From the NCBI GenBank assembly GCA_963675295.2, contig CAXXKJ010000002.1, positions 4,256,001-4,320,000 on the forward strand: a stretch of DNA of 64,000 bases. Reading direction: 5' to 3'. A program made the position numbers and the translations under genes. This document shows positions 26,762 through 36,085 of this stretch, one piece after another (the first letter of the stretch is position 1; every line of letters begins with the position of its first letter). The DNA is from a bacterium. Lineage in GTDB: Bacteria; Electryoneota; Electryoneia; Electryoneales; Electryoneaceae. The notes beneath the pieces were generated by a model. The model was not told the DNA's origin. It did not search any database and worked only from the letters and a program-made list of their open reading frames with translations.

Positions 26762-28273
26762 ATGAAACAATTGTCGATTCTCATTCTGCTATTTCTGCTG
26801 GTCGCGATTGCGTCCGCCTCGGACGATACGATCGTTACCGGCCAACAACGTGTGGATGAATCCATTGCGCCCGTGCCGCACAAAGCTGCCGATCGCAGCA
26901 TTGACGATTTCGGCCCGCTGCACGATCCTGAAATGATCCTTCAATTCAACGAAGGACCACAGAATCACACCATGGGAATCGCGTGGGATGGTACGTACTA
27001 CTGGACGATCAACGGTGGAAATTCGACCGGCCTATTGAACTATTACGACGAGAACGGTGTGTATGTTGGGACAACCAATGTGACTCTCAGTGGCCGTGGG
27101 ATCGTTTACAACCCTGTGGACGGCCTGCTTTACATCTCGGCACTGAACGGTGACATTTTCCGTGTTGACGATCCATTCACCGACTATGCAACCACCGTAG
27201 TTGCGACCGGTCTCATGCAGAACGGTCAGGCTAGTCTCGGCATGAGCTGGGACGGCAACCTGCTGTATGACTACTCGGAAGGCGTGCTCGAGGTCCATGA
27301 CTTCTGGACATATGACCTGTTGGACGTCATGACCGGAATCAGCAGCGGGACCGGCAATTACGGCGGTGGCTGCGCGATTATTGTCGATACCGATTATTTC
27401 TACACTATCGACACCAGCAGCAACACGTTGTTTGTCTACACGCTGGCAGGTACGTTTGTGACTGAGTATTCCCTCCCGTCTGGTGACAACGGCATGTCGC
27501 TGTCCATGGCAAACTACATGGTGTGGTATGCTGCTGACAGCAACTATGATATTGGCACCTGGTATGGTTATTCGCTGCGTGATTGGACCGAAGGTCCGGT
27601 GCAGTTTGACCTGATTCCGCAGATCACCGTCGTACCTGAGGGTGGCGGCGACGTGTATTACGACGCCTCGCTGGTCAGCGAGCTGCCAGGCACCTACAAC
27701 AACCTGTTCTATCGCAGCTACATCACCCTTCCGAACGGTCAGGTGGTCGGACCGCAGGCGAACATTCCGTTTGTCCACACGCCGTTCATGAATGTCCTGA
27801 TCCAGGGGCTGACGCAATACGTGCCACCGCTCGCACCGGGCGGACAGTACAATTTCGAAGGCCGGATCTACTACATGGGGTCGGTGCGGCTTGTAGACGA
27901 CTTCTACTTCACCAAGGAAGGTGCCGGGTCGGATGACTTCGTGTTCAATCCCGACGATTGGACCTCCAGCGGCTTCAGCGTGGCGGGCAACACCGAGGCG
28001 ATACCGTCCGAGTATGCGCTCAGCGAAGCCTACCCGAACCCGTTCAACCCGGCGACGCAGCTCAATGTGACGTTGCCACAGGCGGCGGAGCTGACGGTTC
28101 AGGTGTACAACCTCGCCGGGCAGCGACTTGCGACATTGGCGCATGGTCAAATGGCTGCGGGCGAACACTCGCTGACGTTTGATGGCGCCAACCTCTCCAG
28201 CGGCCTGTATTTCGTGCACGCGAACGTGCCGGGCCAGCTGAACCAGATCCGCAAGGTGACGTTGCTGAAGTAG
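26762..28273 (+). CDS. Secreted beta-propeller-like T9SS cargo, tandem paralog 2
   Basis: Same length (503 aa) and largely identical to 25139-26650 apart from the signal peptide and N-terminal part. Confidence 0.85.
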   Translation: MKQLSILILLFLLVAIASASDDTIVTGQQRVDESIAPVPHKAADRSIDDFGPLHDPEMILQFNEGPQNHTMGIAWDGTYYWTINGGNSTGLLNYYDENGVYVGTTNVTLSGRGIVYNPVDGLLYISALNGDIFRVDDPFTDYATTVVATGLMQNGQASLGMSWDGNLLYDYSEGVLEVHDFWTYDLLDVMTGISSGTGNYGGGCAIIVDTDYFYTIDTSSNTLFVYTLAGTFVTEYSLPSGDNGMSLSMANYMVWYAADSNYDIGTWYGYSLRDWTEGPVQFDLIPQITVVPEGGGDVYYDASLVSELPGTYNNLFYRSYITLPNGQVVGPQANIPFVHTPFMNVLIQGLTQYVPPLAPGGQYNFEGRIYYMGSVRLVDDFYFTKEGAGSDDFVFNPDDWTSSGFSVAGNTEAIPSEYALSEAYPNPFNPATQLNVTLPQAAELTVQVYNLAGQRLATLAHGQMAAGEHSLTFDGANLSSGLYFVHANVPGQLNQIRKVTLLK

Positions 28274-28300
28274 CCGATCACTGGCGTTTTCCGACCTCAT

Positions 28301-28333
28301 CCCGCGGCGCTCCGGTGCCGCGGGTTTCTCTTT
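28301..28333 (+). terminator. Probable intrinsic terminator
   Basis: CCCGCGGCGC-tccg-GTGCCGCGGG followed by TTTCTCTTT. Confidence 0.65.
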
Positions 28334-28422
28334 GCATCCGCTTCGCACCTGTCGCTGGACGCACCCTCACCGTATGTTTGCGATACGTATGATCCCGTTC
28401 ACCAAACCATGAACCCGCACCC

Positions 28423-29610
28423 ATGTGTGTCGATGTGCTCAAACTCGCGCGTGAGCTGCCACTCTCCGACGAACGCTACTGGCATGGCGACCTGACCCTG
28501 GCCGCCCGTCCCGCCGCGGCGGTATTGAACAGCCGGCAGGGACGGCACCCGCATGGCGGGGAAGCGTGGGTGCGCGCGACAATCCGTGCCGCCGCCGGGT
28601 TGATCGACGATGAAAAGGTGATCGTCAGCTCGACGGGCATGGCGACGTGGGAGCTGGCCGCGTGGGCGGCGTCCGAGGCGCTGGGCAATGTGGTGATGGT
28701 CGTGCCGGTGCCGGAGGGAATCATTCCCGAAGACGCGCAACTCGTCGCGGCGAAAGTGCTCGCGGATTTCGGCCTCTCCAATTCCGATTCGCTGGTGATG
28801 CCGTTTTTCGTGCCGCCGCGTGGTAGTGAGAAGCTGTTATGGAAAGCGCGGGACGGACTCATCCTGCGCAACGCCGACCGTCTCGCGCCGGTCTCAATCT
28901 GCGAGGGCGGCTTCCTCGCCAGTTGCCTGCGCGACCCACGGATCGTCGACAAAATCAGCGGCGACTGGTGGGTGGATCACAAGCCGTCGGTGCTTGACCA
29001 GGCCGCGATTCCAGACCCGGCGGACGTGCAACGCAAGCTGTCCGGACTGGGGTGGGACCATGTCGCACACTGGACACGGATGAGTGACGGACCGTGGCCC
29101 AGTGAATCCCGCGCCGACTATTTTACCGCGCTGGCGGGGTCGCGGGATGGGCATTTCCGTTCCGCCGAGGCGACGCTTCGACGTATCCTTAACGAGAACC
29201 GCATCCGTGCGACTGGTTGGCGGATGCCGATGAATGTCGAGATGGTGTCGTTCAGCGCGCTGCCGCCGTGGGCGATGGTCGAGCGGATGACGTGGCGGAA
29301 ACGCTATGTCCGGCTGAATTACGAACCGTGGGGGATCGCGGTCCGGCGTGGTGTGTTAACCGAACTCGGCGGACGTGAGGTCATCTACGGCGATCTCGCG
29401 AAACGCAAGCAGTTGTCCGCCACGGACCGCATGTTTTTCCAGAAAGTATCGGACCATTCCGACTGGGAGAATGAACTCGAGTGGCGTCTGCGTGGCGATC
29501 TCGAGCTGGAACCGTTGTCCGCCGGGGACGTGCTGGTGTTGGTTCCGGACGAGGCCGTGCGGGAACGGCTGCAACCGCACTGCCGGTTCGAGGTGATAGC
29601 GTTGACGTAA
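28423..29610 (+). CDS. Hypothetical two-domain protein: possible SLOG/DprA-like N-domain plus AbiGi/ART-like C-domain
   Basis: RDGLILRNAD..PVSI.EGG in N-half; HWTR, LRRIL.E..I, VSFS, YEPWGIAV, GGREVIYG, WENELEWR in C-half (motif recognition only). Confidence 0.55.
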   Translation: MCVDVLKLARELPLSDERYWHGDLTLAARPAAAVLNSRQGRHPHGGEAWVRATIRAAAGLIDDEKVIVSSTGMATWELAAWAASEALGNVVMVVPVPEGIIPEDAQLVAAKVLADFGLSNSDSLVMPFFVPPRGSEKLLWKARDGLILRNADRLAPVSICEGGFLASCLRDPRIVDKISGDWWVDHKPSVLDQAAIPDPADVQRKLSGLGWDHVAHWTRMSDGPWPSESRADYFTALAGSRDGHFRSAEATLRRILNENRIRATGWRMPMNVEMVSFSALPPWAMVERMTWRKRYVRLNYEPWGIAVRRGVLTELGGREVIYGDLAKRKQLSATDRMFFQKVSDHSDWENELEWRLRGDLELEPLSAGDVLVLVPDEAVRERLQPHCRFEVIALT

Positions 29611-29622
29611 GGGGGGGTTCGT

Positions 29623-32600
29623 ATGCGTATGCTGCGATGGATGTTGGCCATGATGCTCGGCGGCACGCTGCTGCTGGGCTGCGCAAAGCACGACACGATC
29701 ACCGTCACCTACCTCACCCCCGACACCACCGCCGCACCTCTCGGCATCCGTGCGTTTTTCGCCGAACACGACTTCGCCGAGCTGCAAGTCATGCAAGCCA
29801 AAGATTTTTCCGCAACCGGCGCTGGATCACAGGTACTCTGGGTCAACGCCCCCGACACGTCGTCGTGGATCCTGTTTCAGGCCCAATCCAGCCATCTCTA
29901 CCCAGCCCTGCAACGTGCCGCCGACAACGGTGCTGATGTCCTCTTCACGGGCTATGCCGCGTTGTTGCCGCACGAACTCGGCTGGGAATCGGCGGCGCCT
30001 GAGGTGCGGTCCAACCGTGTTGAGAACAACTGGTTCTTCGCGCGTATGCGTGGCCTGCAATCCCTGCTCGGGCATCCGGTTTTCGCGGACGGCTTGTTTG
30101 GCGGGGCATACATCTGGGACCCGGGCGACTCGACCGTGGTCTCGACCGTCGGCTTTTACGGTGACACCTGGCCGGTCGAGGGCAAAGTCGTCGGCGTGCA
30201 GAAACGCTACGTCAACCAGGACAGCAAGGCGAAGCAGCTGCTCGAATATGACCTGCCGGGTGGTGGGACAGCGTTAAGCCTCGGCGGCTGGTTCGATCTC
30301 GAACGTGACAACCGGATGCGGTTCCGCGCCGACCGTTTCCTCAGCAACAGCCTGCGCTACCTCGACGGCGACACGCTCGGCGTTTCACCCACCTGGTGGA
30401 CCCGGGCCGATTCACTGATCCGTGAGCTGCCCCCGCCGGAGTTCGTCGACTTCGCCGCACGGGAGCTGCCATCACCCGCTGATGTCCGTTTCGACAGCCT
30501 CGCGGCGCCTGCGTTGACCATCGAGCAGGACGATCCGGGCGAGAACTGGTTCAGCCTCGGCGGACGCCAGACCCTGGTCATGGGCGACGAACAGGGTGGA
30601 ATCAGCGAGGCGTGGGCGTTCCCCTTCCGGCTGTTCCAGAATCTGCGTACTACGGTGCTGATTGATGATCGCGAGATCGATCTGTCGCAACGAACCTGCG
30701 ACGATCTGCTGATCCATCCGGAGTCGATCCGGCGCACGTGGCAGTTTCCCGAAGGTACCCTGACCGAACAGATTTTCCCGTCGCTGGACAAGTCGGGCGT
30801 GGTGCTGCACTACCAGTGGGACGGCAAAAAACGGCCGGGCGAGCACGCAACGACATACTACGGCGCGAAGGTGAACGTCGATTTCGAAACCGATCTGCGC
30901 TGGATGTGGCCGTACGATGCTGACGCCCTCGGTGCACTGCGCTACCGTACCCTCGCCGAAACCCCGGCCGTCCATGTCACTGACGAACGCGGCCAGCTGC
31001 ATCTCGTCGCCGGCTGCGACCGTACGCCGAACGAGTTCGGCATCACCGAACTCGACCATCGCATCGTCGGGCCGTACGAGTCCATCAACCACGGCTATGA
31101 GGAATCACACGGTGTCGGCGAAAACCAGCAACGCGTGTTGATCAGCCTCGGCCGCAACCTCGCTCTGCCGAACCGGGCAACATTCGTCATCGCCGGATCG
31201 AACAAGAGTCTGCGTGACGCCTACGCGACATACTTCGACCTCGTCAGCGACCCTCGGGCGGCGTATGACCAGGCCGCCAACCACTACACCACCCTACTCG
31301 ATTCGATGACCTCGTTCGACACGCCGGACGATGAATTCGACCGGCTGTGGAAGTGGACGCTGGTCGGGATTGACCGGTTCCGCATTACCACGCCCGGTCT
31401 CGGCACCGCGCTAATGGCCGGATTCGGCACACGGGAGAAAGGCTGGGACGGCAACCAGATCAGCAACGGACGCCCCGGTTACGGGTGGTACTTCGGCCGC
31501 GACGCGGTCTGGTCAGCGTTCGCGATAGACGACTACGGCGATTTCGCAACGGTCCGCGAGCAACTCGAGTTCCTCCGCCGCTACCAGGATCTCGACGGCA
31601 AGATCTTTCATGAGCTGACGGCGTCCGGCGCGATCCACTACGACGCCGCCGATTCGACACCACTTTACATCCTGCTCGCTGCGCACTACCTGCAGCATTC
31701 CGGGGACGTTGAGTACCTCCGTGACCTCTACCCGAGCCTTCTCGCGGCGGTGGATTTCCTTAATGCGACCGACTCCGACGGCGACCTGCTGATCGAGAAC
31801 GAAAACGTTGGCCACGGCTGGGTCGAGGGCGGATCGTTGTGGGGATCGCAGACCAGCATCTATCTCGCCGGGTTGTGGGCGCGCGCGCTCGAGGACATGG
31901 CGTACATTGCCGACCGCATCGGCGAGGAACCGCGCGCGAAAATGCTGCGGTTGGACGCGCTGGACGTGTTCAACCAGATCGACGCTGAGTTCTGGTCGAA
32001 TGATCACCAATTCTACAGCTTCGGCAAGCTCCCGGACGGCAGCTTCAACCCCGAGCGGACGATCCTCCCGGCGACAGTCGCGTGGTTCAACTCCGTTGAC
32101 CCCTCGCACATGAACCCGGTGCTGGACGCTTACGCGTCCGATGAATTCACCACCGACTGGGGCGTCTCGATTCTCAGCACGCAGTCTGAGCACTACAATC
32201 CGCGTGCGTACCATGGCGGAGCGGTGTGGCCGTTGTTCACCGGCTGGGCCAGCCTCGCGGAATACAAGTACGGGCGTCCGCTGTCCGGCTTCACCCACAT
32301 CTGGGAAAACATGGCGGTGAAGCACCATTGGTCCCTGGGCTATGTCGAGGAGGTACTGCACGGGGAAGAGTACAAGCCGTACGGGGTCTGCCCGCACCAG
32401 TGCTGGTCGGAAACCAACATCGCGCAGCCGACGCTGGCGGGCATGCTCGGCTGGGCACCGGACGCGACCCTCGGTTTCGCCCGCCTCGCACCGCAATTCC
32501 CGGCGGACTGGGACACAGTCACCGTGCGCAACCTGCGCGTCGGAGACAGCCGTTTCGACCTGCGCATGGAACGCCGTCTCGACTCCAGTTCCTTCCCTGG

Positions 32601-33120
32601 CGAACAGTGGCTGACGACGTGGACGTTCACCCTTACGCATGGCCACGCATTCATCCTCGAATTTGCGCCCGGGTTTGCTCCGGGAACGTCGCTGGACTGG
32701 GCACGCCTTGGCGGGGCGGGCGTGGAGCTGATCGACGAACTGGAAAAAGGTGTGCTCGCAACCCCGATCACGGTGGATGTGAACGGCGAGATGACGCTCC
32801 AGATCGCGACACGTGGCGGGCTCTCCATGCTGCCCGTGACACCGACACCGCAACCGGGCGAACAATCACGCGGAAACCGGATCATCCGTCAGTGGGTAGA
32901 CTCGGAAAACCGGTATCATGTGCTGCTCGAGGGACGCTCCGGCCAAACCGGCAGCTTCCGGCTGCGCAGTTTTGCCGAACGTGCGGAGCTTCGCTGTGAG
33001 GGCGGAACCGTGTCGCCGAACCGCTCGAGCGACGGCGGGCTGCACGAGTTACGGGTCAGATTCCCGTCCTCCGCGGACACGTTTTCCCGCCGGGAGGTCG
33101 TGATCACTGCCATGCGCTGA
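29623..33120 (+). CDS. Lipoprotein six-hairpin glycosidase (glycogen-debranching/amylo-alpha-1,6-glucosidase-like)
   Basis: Lipobox LLLGC; WYFGRDAVW, GKIFHE, YDAADSTPLY, YHGGAVWP motifs. Confidence 0.8.
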   Translation: MRMLRWMLAMMLGGTLLLGCAKHDTITVTYLTPDTTAAPLGIRAFFAEHDFAELQVMQAKDFSATGAGSQVLWVNAPDTSSWILFQAQSSHLYPALQRAADNGADVLFTGYAALLPHELGWESAAPEVRSNRVENNWFFARMRGLQSLLGHPVFADGLFGGAYIWDPGDSTVVSTVGFYGDTWPVEGKVVGVQKRYVNQDSKAKQLLEYDLPGGGTALSLGGWFDLERDNRMRFRADRFLSNSLRYLDGDTLGVSPTWWTRADSLIRELPPPEFVDFAARELPSPADVRFDSLAAPALTIEQDDPGENWFSLGGRQTLVMGDEQGGISEAWAFPFRLFQNLRTTVLIDDREIDLSQRTCDDLLIHPESIRRTWQFPEGTLTEQIFPSLDKSGVVLHYQWDGKKRPGEHATTYYGAKVNVDFETDLRWMWPYDADALGALRYRTLAETPAVHVTDERGQLHLVAGCDRTPNEFGITELDHRIVGPYESINHGYEESHGVGENQQRVLISLGRNLALPNRATFVIAGSNKSLRDAYATYFDLVSDPRAAYDQAANHYTTLLDSMTSFDTPDDEFDRLWKWTLVGIDRFRITTPGLGTALMAGFGTREKGWDGNQISNGRPGYGWYFGRDAVWSAFAIDDYGDFATVREQLEFLRRYQDLDGKIFHELTASGAIHYDAADSTPLYILLAAHYLQHSGDVEYLRDLYPSLLAAVDFLNATDSDGDLLIENENVGHGWVEGGSLWGSQTSIYLAGLWARALEDMAYIADRIGEEPRAKMLRLDALDVFNQIDAEFWSNDHQFYSFGKLPDGSFNPERTILPATVAWFNSVDPSHMNPVLDAYASDEFTTDWGVSILSTQSEHYNPRAYHGGAVWPLFTGWASLAEYKYGRPLSGFTHIWENMAVKHHWSLGYVEEVLHGEEYKPYGVCPHQCWSETNIAQPTLAGMLGWAPDATLGFARLAPQFPADWDTVTVRNLRVGDSRFDLRMERRLDSSSFPGEQWLTTWTFTLTHGHAFILEFAPGFAPGTSLDWARLGGAGVELIDELEKGVLATPITVDVNGEMTLQIATRGGLSMLPVTPTPQPGEQSRGNRIIRQWVDSENRYHVLLEGRSGQTGSFRLRSFAERAELRCEGGTVSPNRSSDGGLHELRVRFPSSADTFSRREVVITAMR

Positions 33121-33246
33121 GGGCTCGCAACATTCTGCCCGGTTCACCATCCAACCTGAGAGCACGTTCATTCTGTGCTCATGGAACGCGTGTACTCTGT
33201 TCCGCGTAGCACTCCAAACCCCCGATCACTTGCAGAACTGAGGACC

Positions 33247-34032
33247 ATGAGTACAAATACACCGACAACCAGGATCCAGCGCACCTTGAACGGGCGCTAC
33301 ATTGACGCGTTGACGATTGACTTCTGGGCGACGATTGGCCGTGACGCGCAGGTCACCGAACGCCGCCAGTTGCGCCGCGACTTGCTCAAGCCGTGGTTCG
33401 CCGAGTACGGTGTCGAGCTGAACGATGACGAAGTGTACGACCTGTTGCAGAAGCACGCGGCGGCGTGGCGCGAGTCCTGGCTCAAGAAGCAGTACACTCC
33501 GACGGCGCGGGATGCTGTCGACTGGCTCTGCGGCGAACTGAAGATCAATCCGCCAGAAGCCGAACGCGACACGATGGCGCAGCGCATCGACGACACGCTG
33601 AAGGATTTCCCGCCGGTACCGGTGGATGGCGCGATCGAAGCGATCCGCAAGCTCGGTGAGGAATTCCCGTTGGCGCTGATCTGCGACACCGGTCTCTCCG
33701 GTGGCCGCAACATTGCTGGCATGCTCGAGGCCTGGGGTATCCGGGATCTGTTTACGACGCTGGTGTTCTCGGACGCCGTCGGCGTGTCAAAACCGCACCC
33801 GAAGATGTTCCACACGGCCAGCGAGGGACTGAGCGTGCCACGCAACCGCCTGGTACACATCGGCGACCGTGAGGACACCGACATCAAGGGCGCCAAGAGT
33901 TTCGGCATGGCTGCGATCCGTTTCGACGGTGCCCGTCTCGAGGCGCAGTGCGGTCCGTGCTCGATGGCGGACAAGGTTGTCGACACCTGGGAAGAGATCG
34001 TCGGCATCCTGCTCGGCGGCGACAGCGAGTAG
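33247..34032 (+). CDS. HAD-family hydrolase
   Basis: Start ATG 33247 after GAGGA; variant motif I TIDFWATI; FSDAVGVSKPHP; VHIGDREDTDIKGA. Confidence 0.85.
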   Translation: MSTNTPTTRIQRTLNGRYIDALTIDFWATIGRDAQVTERRQLRRDLLKPWFAEYGVELNDDEVYDLLQKHAAAWRESWLKKQYTPTARDAVDWLCGELKINPPEAERDTMAQRIDDTLKDFPPVPVDGAIEAIRKLGEEFPLALICDTGLSGGRNIAGMLEAWGIRDLFTTLVFSDAVGVSKPHPKMFHTASEGLSVPRNRLVHIGDREDTDIKGAKSFGMAAIRFDGARLEAQCGPCSMADKVVDTWEEIVGILLGGDSE

Positions 34033-34243
34033 CATGCTGTCTGCTTGGAACGAGAAGCGTGCTGTCTGCTCCGATAGTATGCTCTATGCTCCGATAGTAT
34101 GCTCTGTGCCCCGACCGTGAATACCGGTTGGGAAGCTTCGTACAGCGCACCCACTTCCGAAGTATGAATTCCACGGGACATGTTCAAACGAACGTGTCCC
34201 GTTTTTCCTTACCCGTCGGCCCCAAAGGAATTCCCTGTTTCCC

Positions 34244-35851
34244 ATGACGGTCCGAGTTTCGTATCCTCAGGCCAACCAGTTCCGTTTGTTCCCGGGGGTC
34301 CGAATGACACCAGCAGCCAACTCGTTTCGAGCGTCCCGATGGATTATCCTCATCCTGCTCGTCGCCGCGATTCTGCGCATCTGGGGCCTGAACGCGCATT
34401 CGCTCGAGCATGACGAACTCAGCAGCTGGCGCCGTGCAAACTACCCGACCCTCGCCGAATCGCTGGAAAAGGGCATTCTGGTTGACAATCACCCGCCGTT
34501 ATGGCCCGTGCTGCAGTTTTACAACATGAAGCTGGTCGGCGAGGAACCGTGGCAACTGCGCTGGCATTCGGCCCTGTTCGGCCTGCTCTCGGTGTGGATG
34601 GCATTCCTGATCGGGAAACGGCTGTACGGCACCAACCACGCCCTCGCGGTCGCCGGGATGATGGCGGTGCTCTGGGCACCGGTGTATTACAGCAACGAAG
34701 CCCGGATGTACAGCCTGCTTGTGCTGAACGTGCTGCTCAGCATGCACGCCTGGCTGCTGGTCAACGCCCGCTTCCGTGACAAACAGCCGGTGCCGTTCGT
34801 CAACGGCCTCTACCTCTTTGCGGCGTCCTCGCTAACGGTTTACACCCACTTTTTCGGCATCCTCTTCATCGCGCTGCTCGGCTTCAGCAGCGGGCTGTAC
34901 CTGCTGTTCAGCGGACGCGCGAAACGCATCCTCACCCTGCTGGCGATCTTCGTGCCGGTGGTGCTGGTGTTCCTGCCGTATGTGCCGTACGTGCTCGCCG
35001 CGACCGGCCGTGAGTGGATCGCCGACCCGCCGAGTCTGATCTGGTACCCGCGTTTTCTCGCGTGGTTGATGAACAAGAGCTGGCTGCTGATTGTCCCGGT
35101 TGGCCTGATCTTCGGCGCGGCGTTGTGGTTCGTGATTCGGGATGCCCGCGCCCGGAAACGCGGTGTATCAACGCCCGAGGTCCGCCGTCTCAGCGACTCC
35201 GACTGGATCGTACTCGCGTGGATGCTCGGTCCGTACCTCGCGGCAGCAGTGCAATCGTACCTGTCGACACCGGTGGTTTTCGAACGCAACCTGCTGGTTT
35301 CGATGCCGGGCGTCTACCTCGGCTTCACCCGCGCTGTCGAGATGCTCGTGCCCGAGCCGTCAAAATACCGTCGCGCGATGCTTGTGATCGTACTGATATT
35401 CCTCGCGCACACCCTGTTCATCAACCGTTACCACACCACCCCGCAACGGCACCAGTTCCGTGAGGCGGGGGCGTTGGTCGCGGAGCGCATGGCGGACGCC
35501 AACCCCGACTCGGTGATGGTGATCGGCAGCCGTGGTTTCCCCGATTATTTCAACTATTACCTTGAACGCTACCACAGCCCGGTGCTGGTCGAATTCTCGA
35601 CGCACGACCTGTTCCCGGCGGACACCCTCGCGCCGATCTTCGACAGTCTGCAAGCGAACGGTGAGCTGCCGCCGACGGTGGTGCAGATGATCCGTGACGA
35701 CTCGTTCAAACGCAACGACGAAGAGTGGTTCGCGGGCTATGGGTATCACGTGACGTGGTACGAGCGGCTGCACAAGATGCATGTCTGGCGGTATGATCTG
35801 GAACGGGATTCGACTGTGGATCGCCCACCCAGCGGAACACTTGAGCCCTGA
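34244..35851 (+). CDS. GT-C fold membrane glycosyltransferase (family 39/PMT_2-like)
   Basis: LR...L...SL.HDE..S, NHPPL, YSNEARMYSL, YTHFFG motifs; many TM segments; start may be 34304. Confidence 0.8.
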   Translation: MTVRVSYPQANQFRLFPGVRMTPAANSFRASRWIILILLVAAILRIWGLNAHSLEHDELSSWRRANYPTLAESLEKGILVDNHPPLWPVLQFYNMKLVGEEPWQLRWHSALFGLLSVWMAFLIGKRLYGTNHALAVAGMMAVLWAPVYYSNEARMYSLLVLNVLLSMHAWLLVNARFRDKQPVPFVNGLYLFAASSLTVYTHFFGILFIALLGFSSGLYLLFSGRAKRILTLLAIFVPVVLVFLPYVPYVLAATGREWIADPPSLIWYPRFLAWLMNKSWLLIVPVGLIFGAALWFVIRDARARKRGVSTPEVRRLSDSDWIVLAWMLGPYLAAAVQSYLSTPVVFERNLLVSMPGVYLGFTRAVEMLVPEPSKYRRAMLVIVLIFLAHTLFINRYHTTPQRHQFREAGALVAERMADANPDSVMVIGSRGFPDYFNYYLERYHSPVLVEFSTHDLFPADTLAPIFDSLQANGELPPTVVQMIRDDSFKRNDEEWFAGYGYHVTWYERLHKMHVWRYDLERDSTVDRPPSGTLEP

Positions 35852-36085
35852 TGTGGCCCTGCACGGCGTAGTGTGCCCGTGTGTACCGTGCCCCCATGTA
35901 GCGTGCCCCTGATGGCTCCGCCAGCAGGGATGATCCTCCTGCGGATGACCCCTGCTGACCAAGTCCGCAGGGGCACATCTCCCCTACCGAATCCCATAGC
36001 CCACAGCCCACCGCCCACTCCATCTCCGTGAGACCCGAAGTACCATCTACCCCAAGTCGGGCCACCCGCACCCCTATCTTCGGCC

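Noticed and set aside
25139-28273. Diversity-generating retroelement template/variable repeat pair
   Set aside because: Both copies are full genes, differences are not adenine-specific on inspection, and no reverse transcriptase is present in the window
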